Made by a program: the position numbers and the translations under genes
Notes under the pieces: model-generated
What the model saw: the letters and a program-made list of their open reading frames with translations, nothing else
Told to the model about the DNA's origin: nothing
Databases searched by the model: none
Shown: piece by piece, positions 36,590 through 44,112 of the stretch
Layout of the letters: the number at the start of each line of letters is the position of its first letter
How positions within the stretch are numbered: position 1 is the first letter of the stretch
Assembly (NCBI GenBank): GCA_026397405.1
Contig: JAPLUW010000001.1
Span: 171,138 to 235,137 of the forward strand
Source: Candidatus Adlerbacteria bacterium
GTDB lineage: Bacteria; Patescibacteriota; Minisyncoccia; Phycocordibacterales; SBAW01
Direction of reading: 5' to 3'
DNA: 64,000 bases

Positions 36590-37090
36590 ATGACTGCTCG
36601 TATTTCTATAGTTGTCGCTATTGGTAAAAACCGAGAGATTGGAAAAAACGGCAAGCTCCTCTGGTATATCCCAGAAGACTTGAAACGTTTTAAAGCTCTT
36701 ACCTTAGGCCACCCTGTTATCATGGGGCGCAAGACGTTTGAATCTATTTTGCAGATACTGGGCAAGCCCTTGCCCGGGCGAACCAATATTGTTGTGACAC
36801 GAGACACAAGTTGGGCCCATGAGGGCGTGTTGGTTTTTCATTCTCTTGAAGATGCTCTGGCAAAAGCCCGCGAGCTTGATGGAGAAGAAATTCATATCGG
36901 CGGTGGCGCAGACTTATACAAACAAGCGCTCCCCCATGTCGACCGGCTTTACTTAACACTCATCGACGACGCACAAGATGCAGATACGTTTTTCCCTGAA
37001 TACGAGACAGAATTCACAAAAAAAGTTTCGGAGGAAAGCCGCAAATACGGAGATTTAAAATATTCTTGGATGACTCTCGAAAGAGCTTAA
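36590..37090 (+). CDS. folA: Dihydrofolate reductase
   Basis: 166 aa; ISIVVAIGKNREIGKNGKLLWYIPEDLKRFKALTLGHPVIMGRKTFESI. Confidence 0.85.
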   Translation: MTARISIVVAIGKNREIGKNGKLLWYIPEDLKRFKALTLGHPVIMGRKTFESILQILGKPLPGRTNIVVTRDTSWAHEGVLVFHSLEDALAKARELDGEEIHIGGGADLYKQALPHVDRLYLTLIDDAQDADTFFPEYETEFTKKVSEESRKYGDLKYSWMTLERA

Positions 37091-37814
37091 CGCTTCCCTT
37101 TTCTCCACGGGGCGTTTTTAAAGAAAGGTGCGTACAGGTCGCGTTCGAGCGGGACAACAAATTCGTCATCTTTTTTCGCAGGCTTCGCATCCCACACCAC
37201 TTTAGGCACGTCGCGCAAAAGTGCGAGAGGTGTTTGCTCGCCCGCTTCGCCCATGCAAAGCACCGCGGCGGCGGCAAGCCCGTCGACTATGTTTGCCTGT
37301 TCAACTTTTATAGGCCGACCAAAAATGTCAGGCGTACCGCGGTAGTCATATACCGGGTTAAACCCTGCCCACGCAAGTGCAAATCCAGAAGCTCCGCGAC
37401 GCAGCGGCCGAGAAGTTGAGTCGGTAATAACAATGCCAAGCTTCTTCAATTTATATGTTTTCATTAAAGCCGTACGCAAACGCGCAGCCGACGCAAACGG
37501 GTCCTTAGGCCAGACAATGTAGTAACCATTGCCGTTGCTTTGGTCTATGCCAGCACTCCCTTGGTTAGCGTAAATATGTATCCCCATTGTTTAGTAAATT
37601 TTGGCGCGTAGTACAAGTCAGCTTCTTTTTTAATTAATTGTTCTTTCGTAATCGCATCTCCCGGAATGCACTGCCCTTCGTCTATGCTCACAACTTTTGC
37701 AGAAATAGCGAGCACATCTCCATCTGTAAGTTTGAGTTTTGACGCAGCAATTTTCTTCAACAGGTCGTCCTTGGGCGGCACAAGCTTGCCGAGCTTTATA
37801 GACGTAACCTGCAT
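37087..37814 (-). pseudogene. F420-0:gamma-glutamyl ligase (CofE)-like gene interrupted by a frameshift at a C4/G4 homopolymer
   Basis: Two overlapping ORFs 37545..37814 (N-terminal part, ...PKFTKQWGYIFTLTKGVLA*) and 37087..37587 (MGIHIYANQGSAGIDQSNGNGYYIV...); together ~242 aa matching CofE family; adding one C to the cccc run at 37582..37585 restores ...FTKQWGIHIYANQGSAGIDQSNG... Confidence 0.6.
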
Positions 37815-37815
37815 C

Positions 37816-38163
37816 TTAGTTAGAACGGAAAACCGTAATCCCTGGCGTGCCGTTATACCATGCTGCCGGTTTTTTAATCGTCAGTTCAATATTTTTAATG
37901 CGTTTGTCTTCCAAAATTTCAGTGCAAATATCTTCAGCAAGTTTTTCTACCAAGTAGCAGGTGTTCCCTTCTATGCGGTCGCCTATTATTTTGCGCACTT
38001 TTTGATAGTCGAGCGTATCTTTTAACTTATCGCTCACGCCCGCGGGCGCGGTGTCAAACGCCATTTTGACCGATACGGCAAACTCCTGTTCGGTCCGGCG
38101 CTCTGCAATGTAGTAGCCGTGCTTGCCGCGGAAGACGAGGCCGTCGATATGCACATAATCCAT
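37816..38163 (-). CDS. folB: Dihydroneopterin aldolase
   Basis: 115 aa; MDYVHIDGLVFRGKHGYYIAERRTEQEFAVSVKM matches FolB. Confidence 0.8.
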   Translation of the reverse strand: MDYVHIDGLVFRGKHGYYIAERRTEQEFAVSVKMAFDTAPAGVSDKLKDTLDYQKVRKIIGDRIEGNTCYLVEKLAEDICTEILEDKRIKNIELTIKKPAAWYNGTPGITVFRSN

Positions 38164-38190
38164 GCACCCACACTACCCTAAAAATAAAAC

Positions 38191-38235
38191 CCCCGCACTC
38201 TTTTCTATTTTCTTACAAAACTGTATAGTGCGGGG
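38191..38235 (+). promoter_or_regulatory. 9-bp-armed palindrome bracketing the promoter/5' region of the downstream oxygenase-like gene
   Basis: ccccgcact-N27-agtgcgggg; A/T-rich 27-nt centre contains a TATAGT -10-like hexamer; strong RBS AGGGAGG follows. Confidence 0.35.
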
Positions 38236-38262
38236 CAGAACGTTCCCCACAGGGAGGCAGCG

Positions 38263-38871
38263 ATGTCGAGCTTTAACGATAGGGCGAGTGCTTTGAAGGG
38301 CTGCGTGGAAGAGATCAAGAAGTACGGGGCCGGTACTGTGTCCGATTTTCTCAAACTAGATGTCCGTCAGGCTTTGTTGGGTGAACTTTCGCAGCATGCG
38401 ATGGTAAGGCAGCCTGCAGAGTGGGGTCCACACAAAGTAAAGCAAGCTCTCAAGATGGTCGGGCTTTTGCCCGAAGGAAGTCTGTTTCTCCAAGTCCGAG
38501 ACGAACTGGCGCTGTGGTTAAACAATGAATTCTCAACCAAGTTCCCTAACCATCTTTCCCTCCCGCTCTGTTTTACCGAGATGTCGGTCCAGGCATACGA
38601 CCCTGGCCCCATTGGCGTCGAGCCTCATTACGACGGAGTAAGCGTAATAAATCTTATTGCCCTGTTGGTACTTGAGGGCAACGGGCAATTCTGCACGTGC
38701 GAGGATAGGGCGGGAACCATCACTCATCCTATCCGCAATGAGCCGGGCGACTTGCTCTTAATGCGCGGACCAGGTTTTTTAGGTTCTCCGCAGCAAGTAC
38801 TGCACCGTATCAATAACATCACAGTAAAACGCACCGTCGTTGTGTGCCGCCACGATGTTCCCGTGTCCTAG
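38263..38871 (+). CDS. Hypothetical protein, possible Fe(II)/2-oxoglutarate-dependent oxygenase fold
   Basis: 202 aa; H-x-D...H arrangement (EPHYDGVSV ... ITHPIRNEPGDLLLMRG); assignment tentative. Confidence 0.4.
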   Translation: MSSFNDRASALKGCVEEIKKYGAGTVSDFLKLDVRQALLGELSQHAMVRQPAEWGPHKVKQALKMVGLLPEGSLFLQVRDELALWLNNEFSTKFPNHLSLPLCFTEMSVQAYDPGPIGVEPHYDGVSVINLIALLVLEGNGQFCTCEDRAGTITHPIRNEPGDLLLMRGPGFLGSPQQVLHRINNITVKRTVVVCRHDVPVS

Positions 38872-38879
38872 ATTGCAAA

Positions 38880-38906
38880 AGCCGCCCCATACGGAGCGGC
38901 TTTTTT
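38880..38906. terminator. Bidirectional intrinsic terminator between oxygenase-like gene and rplK
   Basis: aaaagccgc-cccatacgga-gcggctttttt. Confidence 0.65.
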
Positions 38907-39016
38907 CTTTTGTAAATTTTTTAAACTATTTCACATCAACCCACACATATTTTCCTGCTGGAAAATTGCGCCGGGCCCGCCTCGACACCGTCGTGTCTCC
39001 GGCTCGTAGACGTGAA

Positions 39017-39439
39017 TTATTTCACGTCTACGCCCATTGAACGTGCAGAGCCGGCGATGATCTTCATTGCGCCTTCGATGTCGTTTGCGTTTAGGTCAGA
39101 CATCTTTTCCTCTGCAATTTCACGCAACTGCGCTTTGGTAAGGGTACCGATTTTTGCAGTGTTTGGTTTACCCGAACCCTTTTCCTGGCCGAGCTTCTTC
39201 ATAATAAGGTTCGAGGCTGGTGATGTCTTAAGTACAAAGTCGTACGAGCGGTCTTCGTAAATAGTTATTTCAACCGGCACCAAGCTGCCCAAGCGGTCCT
39301 GGGTTGCCTCGTTAAACTTCTTTACGAACTCGCCGATGTTAATACCAGCGGGACCAAGGGTTGTACCAAGCGGAGGCGCAGGGGTTGCCTTGCCGGCCGG
39401 GGCTACGATTTTGAGTTTTTTAGTTATTTTCTTTGCCAT
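39017..39439 (-). CDS. rplK: 50S ribosomal protein L11
   Basis: 140 aa; [41 protein letters not shown]. Confidence 0.9.
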   Translation of the reverse strand: MAKKITKKLKIVAPAGKATPAPPLGTTLGPAGINIGEFVKKFNEATQDRLGSLVPVEITIYEDRSYDFVLKTSPASNLIMKKLGQEKGSGKPNTAKIGTLTKAQLREIAEEKMSDLNANDIEGAMKIIAGSARSMGVDVK

Positions 39440-39460
39440 AAAGGTAATGGGGATAGTACG

Positions 39461-40012
39461 TTAAATTCTTTTGACTTGCAAGAAGTCGAGCTCAACAGGG
39501 GTTTCGCGACCGAACATCGAAACAAGCACTTTAATTTTGCCGCGGCTTTCGTCCACCTCACCTACTTTGCCGTCGAGCTCTTTAAATGGTCCGTCGACAA
39601 TGACAACTGAGTCGCCGACAGTGACATCAATTGCATGTTTAATGGAACCTTCCTTCTCCTGCATGCGACCAAGGAGTGTGTCGACTTCCGACTGCTTCAA
39701 GGGCACCGGGTTAACACCTGAGCCAACGAACCCTGTCACGCGTGGTGTGTTGCGGACAACAAACCATGACTGGTCGTCTACCAACATGTCCACAAGTACG
39801 TACCCTGGGTACACCTTTTCTTCCTCTTCTACGCGGCGGCCACCTTTAATTTTAACGGTGCGCTCTGTTGGCACAACGACATTAAAAATTTTGTCCGTAA
39901 GGCCAAGCGAGTCGATGCGCTGCTTTAGGTTACGAGCAACGGCATTTTCGTACCCTGCGTAGGTGTGTATCGCGTACCATGCTCGCCCAACTGTTGAGTC
40001 TTGTTTTGACAT
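39461..40012 (-). CDS. nusG: Transcription termination/antitermination factor NusG
   Basis: Start placed at MSKQDSTVGRAWYAIHTYAGYENAV (NGN domain); C-terminal KOW (GDSVVIVDGPFKELDGKVGEV). Confidence 0.85.
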   Translation of the reverse strand: MSKQDSTVGRAWYAIHTYAGYENAVARNLKQRIDSLGLTDKIFNVVVPTERTVKIKGGRRVEEEEKVYPGYVLVDMLVDDQSWFVVRNTPRVTGFVGSGVNPVPLKQSEVDTLLGRMQEKEGSIKHAIDVTVGDSVVIVDGPFKELDGKVGEVDESRGKIKVLVSMFGRETPVELDFLQVKRI

Positions 40013-40040
40013 AGGTGTGTGAAGTGAACGAGTAATTAGA

Positions 40041-40206
40041 TTACTTTTTTGATGATGAGCGAAAACACATAGTCCCATGCACCGAGGTAGAGTGCCGTGA
40101 GAATAGAAATAGCAATAACCACAACGGTATACGTAATAGCCTGGCGGCGTGTTGGCCACGACACGTGCTTCATCTCTGCGCGAACGTCTTTAAAGTAGTT
40201 AAACAT
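40041..40206 (-). CDS. secE: Preprotein translocase subunit SecE (55 aa, below ORF-track cutoff)
   Basis: Minus-strand ORF MFNYFKDVRAEMKHVSWPTRRQAITYTVVVIAISILTALYLGAWDYVFSLIIKKVI; canonical position upstream of nusG. Confidence 0.7.
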
Positions 40207-40296
40207 ATAGATTTTTTGGCATTTTTAAAAGCCCTCTCGGGCCCTTATATGCGTTCTATAATACTGCCATTTGGGCTTTGCGTCAAGCAACAAAAA

Positions 40297-40320
40297 AGCC
40301 CCACAATAGGGGGCTTTTTT
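40297..40320. terminator. Intrinsic terminator downstream of SIMPL gene
   Basis: aaaaagcccc-acaatag-ggggctttttt. Confidence 0.6.
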
Positions 40321-40338
40321 GAACAAGATGCAGTTTGA

Positions 40339-41142
40339 TTACCGGATTTCGTAGGTGACAGAGACATCGTCGGTGACATTGTTTTGTCCGACAGAAATTT
40401 CTGGGGCTACTGCCTTAGCATCCATGGCTTGGTTGCCTGCCATGCTGTACATCATTGGGCGTGGGTAGCTGCCTCCGCTGCTTTCGCTAAATGCAGTCAC
40501 ACGTACAAGCGAGACACCGAGCTGTTTTGCCAACACTTCGGCTTTTTGCTTTGCATCAACAATTGCTTTGTCGCGTGCGCCAGTCTGCACCGCAGTCGGG
40601 TCGTCAAACGTAAAATTCAAACCACTTACCTCTGTTGCGCCCTTCCCGCCCACACCTGCAAGCAATGCGCCTGCTTTTGCAGTGTCGCGGACTTTTACTG
40701 TTGTTGTCTGGCGTACTTCGTAACCACGCAACACCTGCTTGCCGCCCGGGCAGTAGCCGTTTGCAGTACATGCCTGGTTTACGTAGTCGTATTGTGGCTG
40801 TACCGAGTAGTCTGATGTTTGGATGTCTTTGTCTGCTACTCCTTGGCCTTTCAAGTACGCAGTTGTTGCATTAGCTTTTGCAGTTGCATCTGCTTGTGCA
40901 GCATCAACAGTTGGCTTGTCGGACACTACCGAAAACGTAAATGTTGCAATGTCTGGCACACCAACATGTTCGCCGTGGCCAGAGACAGTAATGGTGTTTG
41001 TTGCAACAACGCCGGCACCAATGTAGCGCAGGCCCATAATACCCGCGAGCACCTGCACCGCCAGGAACACGCCGAGCAATATAACAGCGACCCACAGCGC
41101 TTGCTGCAACCTATGACCTGTTTGACCTTCAAATAATTCCAT
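40339..41142 (-). CDS. SIMPL (DUF541, YggE-like) periplasmic/secreted protein
   Basis: 267 aa; N-terminal TM anchor, SIMPL-type repeats (TITVSGHGEHVGVPDIATFTFSV..., DKAIVDAKQKAEVLAKQLG). Confidence 0.7.
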   Translation of the reverse strand: MELFEGQTGHRLQQALWVAVILLGVFLAVQVLAGIMGLRYIGAGVVATNTITVSGHGEHVGVPDIATFTFSVVSDKPTVDAAQADATAKANATTAYLKGQGVADKDIQTSDYSVQPQYDYVNQACTANGYCPGGKQVLRGYEVRQTTTVKVRDTAKAGALLAGVGGKGATEVSGLNFTFDDPTAVQTGARDKAIVDAKQKAEVLAKQLGVSLVRVTAFSESSGGSYPRPMMYSMAGNQAMDAKAVAPEISVGQNNVTDDVSVTYEIR

Positions 41143-41192
41143 ACTAAAAACTAATTAGATAATTAATGCAAACTTCATCGGCTGTGATGACG

Positions 41193-41882
41193 CTACTGCA
41201 CGTTCTTTATTACCGACATAATCTGCGCGTACGGTAGCGCACCCGACGCAGGGAGTGCTTTGTGTGTTTTAGTATTTAATACAACGGTAAACGGCGTACC
41301 GTTCCCTCCCAAACTTTCGGCCTCGGCCGTGTCTGCGTCAATTACTTTTTGGTATGTTGACGCCGCAACACACGCGGCATATTTTGCTGGGTCGGCACCA
41401 AATTGCTTAGCAAGCCCTGCCGAATATTCAGCCGAGAGTGCTTTTTGGTTACCAAACACTGCGTCGGTGTATTTCCAAAAGCCGGCGTTCCCAAGCTGCG
41501 CTGCGATACACTCTGCTGCATTTGCGGCGGGTGCTGCTTGTGGGTGGATACTCGTTAGTGGGAATTCGCGATACACCCAAGCAATTTGGCCGTTCGACTC
41601 TGTTACAATTTTTTTCAATGTTGGGTAGATAACCGAACAAAACGGGCATTGGAAGTCCGAATATTCTATCAAGACAATGGGTGCTGTAGGCGAGCCAAGG
41701 ATGTGGTCCCCTGCAGTCGGTGGACGCACTTCCACAGTTGTAGGCGCCGGGGCCCCTGCACCTGCCTCGACACCAGCTGCAGGGGCCCGGTTGTTTGTAA
41801 AAAGTATCGCGCCCGCAATAATAACGCCGGCCACAAGTATCGCGACCGACGGAGATATCTCCATTTTTGTATGTTCAGACAT
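41193..41882 (-). CDS. DsbA-like thiol:disulfide oxidoreductase (thioredoxin fold, CPFC)
   Basis: 229 aa; TM anchor; IVLIEYSDFQCPFCSVIYPTL active site. Confidence 0.75.
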   Translation of the reverse strand: MSEHTKMEISPSVAILVAGVIIAGAILFTNNRAPAAGVEAGAGAPAPTTVEVRPPTAGDHILGSPTAPIVLIEYSDFQCPFCSVIYPTLKKIVTESNGQIAWVYREFPLTSIHPQAAPAANAAECIAAQLGNAGFWKYTDAVFGNQKALSAEYSAGLAKQFGADPAKYAACVAASTYQKVIDADTAEAESLGGNGTPFTVVLNTKTHKALPASGALPYAQIMSVIKNVQ

Positions 41883-41908
41883 AGAGCCCAGTATATCACT
41901 GCCCTGCC

Positions 41909-42277
41909 CTACTTTTTCAGTAAGTCGCGGATCTCTTCGAGTAACACAACTTCAGCATTTTTCTTCTGCACTTCAGGCGTACCTTGGAAGCGTGCAACCA
42001 GTTTGTTGACCGGCAACACCACAAAAAAATAAATCGTCGTTGCAATAATCAAAAACGAGATAAGTGCGTTGATAAAGTCACCGTAGAGAAATTCGCTGCC
42101 GCGGATAGTAAATATCATTTTAGAAAAATCCGGCTCGTGCACAACCGCTGCGATAAACGGGGTCATTAGGTCTTTAACAAGCGAGTTGACCACGGCACTA
42201 AACGCCGAACCAACCATAACGCCGACCGCCAGGTCGACCACGTTGCCGCGCAATATAAAATTTCTAAATCCTTTCAT
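41909..42277 (-). CDS. mscL: Large-conductance mechanosensitive channel
   Basis: 122 aa; MKGFRNFILRGNVVDLAVGVMVGSAFSAVVNSLVKDLMTPFIA. Confidence 0.9.
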   Translation of the reverse strand: MKGFRNFILRGNVVDLAVGVMVGSAFSAVVNSLVKDLMTPFIAAVVHEPDFSKMIFTIRGSEFLYGDFINALISFLIIATTIYFFVVLPVNKLVARFQGTPEVQKKNAEVVLLEEIRDLLKK

Positions 42278-42294
42278 ACAAGCAGTGTAGGAAA

Positions 42295-42768
42295 TTAGTT
42301 CTTGTTTTGCAATTGCTCGATGTCGGTAATAAGTTTTTTGAGGCCTAGCTGAATTTCTTCCAACGTTTTTTTCTGGCCCGCATGCAGAGCCTCCTCTTCC
42401 TTTTCGTCTTCGGTCATCTCTTCGACATCTTCCTGAATCTCATCAACGTCCTCCTGGATCTCGTCCACGTCTTCTTGAATTTCGTCGATGTCTTCCTGGA
42501 TCTCGTCGATGTCGTGCTCAACTTCTTCAAGAGAAGCTGCTTGGTAGTTAATAGACATCTGGATAAAAATAGAAAGGTAGATAGCTTCGAGTGACACAAT
42601 TGTTGTCAGCACCAAAAGCATCCGATCAAACGGAATAAAGCCGCTCCACACCGCAGCAAAGCTTGCTGCAAATAAAATAGAGTGCACAACAATAGACGCG
42701 AGCGAACCCACGAAGCGGGTTACCACTAATGCAAACTCCTGCAATTTTTGTTTCGGCTTTTTGGACAT
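42295..42768 (-). CDS. DUF1003-like small membrane protein with acidic heptad-repeat tail
   Basis: 157 aa; two TM helices then DIDEIQE-DIDEIQE-DVDEIQE-DVDEIQE-DVEEMTE. Confidence 0.55.
   Translation of the reverse strand: MSKKPKQKLQEFALVVTRFVGSLASIVVHSILFAASFAAVWSGFIPFDRMLLVLTTIVSLEAIYLSIFIQMSINYQAASLEEVEHDIDEIQEDIDEIQEDVDEIQEDVDEIQEDVEEMTEDEKEEEALHAGQKKTLEEIQLGLKKLITDIEQLQNKN
42424..42531. repeat. Five tandem 21-nt repeats encoding the acidic heptads of the DUF1003-like protein
   Basis: Units atcttcctgaatctcatcaacgtc / ctcctggatctcgtccacgtc / ttcttgaatttcgtcgatgtc / ttcctggatctcgtcgatgtc seen directly. Confidence 0.6.
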
Positions 42769-42816
42769 AAAATTGAGACAGTTTTAATCTAGCACTGAAT
42801 AGAGGAAAGTAGAAAG

Positions 42817-42830
42817 GCCTACTGGGAATC
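42817..42830. repeat. Left direct repeat (att core) GCCTACTGGGAATC, copy of the 3' part of tRNA-His
   Basis: Exact 14-mer also present at 52784..52797 inside tRNA-His; sits where local composition switches toward AT-rich island. Confidence 0.55.
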
Positions 42831-43236
42831 CTTTTTGCCCGTTGGCTCCAGTCGCAAAGCGACATAGTCGCCTGCCTCCTCAAAAAGCCTCTGGCCCTCG
42901 CCTATTCGCTCCGCGGGCTCGGGTCCAGTTCGATTCCCAGGCAAACGCTCGCGTTGCAAAATACCCCGACCAAATGGCCGAGGTATTTTGTCACCGTGGG
43001 TGCCTGACGGTTCAAAACTCAAAACCAATAGTAGATTTCCTTATGGGCTTGAGTTCTGCGGCGTCTAAATTGCACCACTTCCAGAATAGGCTTATTTCTG
43101 CACACAAGCAAACATAGACTAATGTTTCTACTTGTTTTTATCTTCCCAGTCCCATTTGGCAAGCAAATCAAAGATTTTCGCTAGTTGAGCTATATCCTCT
43201 TCCTTAAATTTTAAATTACTATCTTTCTGCATATCA

Positions 43237-44106
43237 CTACAAAGTGGACTCGTAGGAAGCTTTTACAAGACTGAAAATATAGTCAATATCGCTCTCAGGG
43301 GTAAATTTGACCACACCTCTAAATCCCCACCTGTGAGTAGTCACGTCTCTTACAATGCCTTTACTATCTCCTTCATAAGAAGGATCCCTGAGAAGAAGCT
43401 GTATCCAAGCTCCCTTAAACTCAAGACGGGTAAAACTTTTAGTTGTGCGATAAGTGATTCCGGTTTTTTGTCCAGCCACTTCTTCTACTGACGGAAGTTG
43501 GAGAAGTTTTTCTTGCAATGTAAGGAATGCTTTCTGCATTTCTGGAGTAGCTATATCAAGATGATAGTCTAGGTTATATTCGGTCTCCTCCTTTTCTTTT
43601 TTCGTTATACGTTTTTTCTCAGGTCGAGGGCTATATTCATTCTCAATATTAAGAACGTTTCCTTCATAGAGGGAATATGTTTTCAGCTCGACTCTTTGAT
43701 GGGTAGGAGCTGCTTCTCTAGTTCGCTTATCGAAACCTTGTGCTATTAAGATGACACGTGGATTATCCCAGATTACATCCATCTCCTTCCCTAATTTGTT
43801 TTGAACCAATAGTTCAAATTCTCGTTTATTTTTGAGTAGCCACCCTAAATACGAAAGGCTTTGCGTAAAAATTTCCTTATTTTCATGCCATTTGTATTCA
43901 ATAATTACAGGAGAATTATTTTCATCGATTCCCAAAGTATCAATTCTTCCGTCTGTAGTAGGATACTCTTTTTCAAGGAACCTCACACCAAGTATTTCCT
44001 CTAAATTTTCTGCAAAAAAATCACGCAGATTAAACTCATTACCAAAACCTTCTGTTTTAAGACTAAGCTGCTGAACTTTTTTTGTATCTATTTTAAAAAT
44101 AGCCAT
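43237..44106 (-). CDS. PD-(D/E)xK nuclease-fold protein (NucS/Mrr-like N-terminal core, unknown C-terminal domain); candidate restriction/defence endonuclease
   Basis: 289 aa; GRIDTLGIDENNSPVIIEYKW fits D...(E)xK catalytic arrangement. Confidence 0.5.
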   Translation of the reverse strand: MAIFKIDTKKVQQLSLKTEGFGNEFNLRDFFAENLEEILGVRFLEKEYPTTDGRIDTLGIDENNSPVIIEYKWHENKEIFTQSLSYLGWLLKNKREFELLVQNKLGKEMDVIWDNPRVILIAQGFDKRTREAAPTHQRVELKTYSLYEGNVLNIENEYSPRPEKKRITKKEKEETEYNLDYHLDIATPEMQKAFLTLQEKLLQLPSVEEVAGQKTGITYRTTKSFTRLEFKGAWIQLLLRDPSYEGDSKGIVRDVTTHRWGFRGVVKFTPESDIDYIFSLVKASYESTL

Positions 44107-44112
44107 ATAAAT

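Noticed and set aside
42817-42830. Concern that a 14-bp exact repeat could be chance
   Set aside because: A random 14-mer pair somewhere in 64 kb is expected by chance (several pairs). However this one coincides exactly with the tRNA-His 3' end, the compositional boundary and the integrase gene, which makes chance implausible. Retained as a finding with stated caveat.
42940-42960. tRNA-like T-loop sequence GTTCGATTCC on the plus strand
   Set aside because: Flanking bases cannot form a T-stem (tccag vs cccag) and no acceptor, D or anticodon arms exist; it is an inverted fragment copy of the tRNA-His T-arm, not a tRNA gene.
42819-43028. 69-aa minus-strand ORF in the island/att junction region
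   Set aside because: Lies in GC-rich non-coding att-flanking DNA, has no RBS or coding periodicity, and overlaps the inverted tRNA-fragment repeats; considered spurious.
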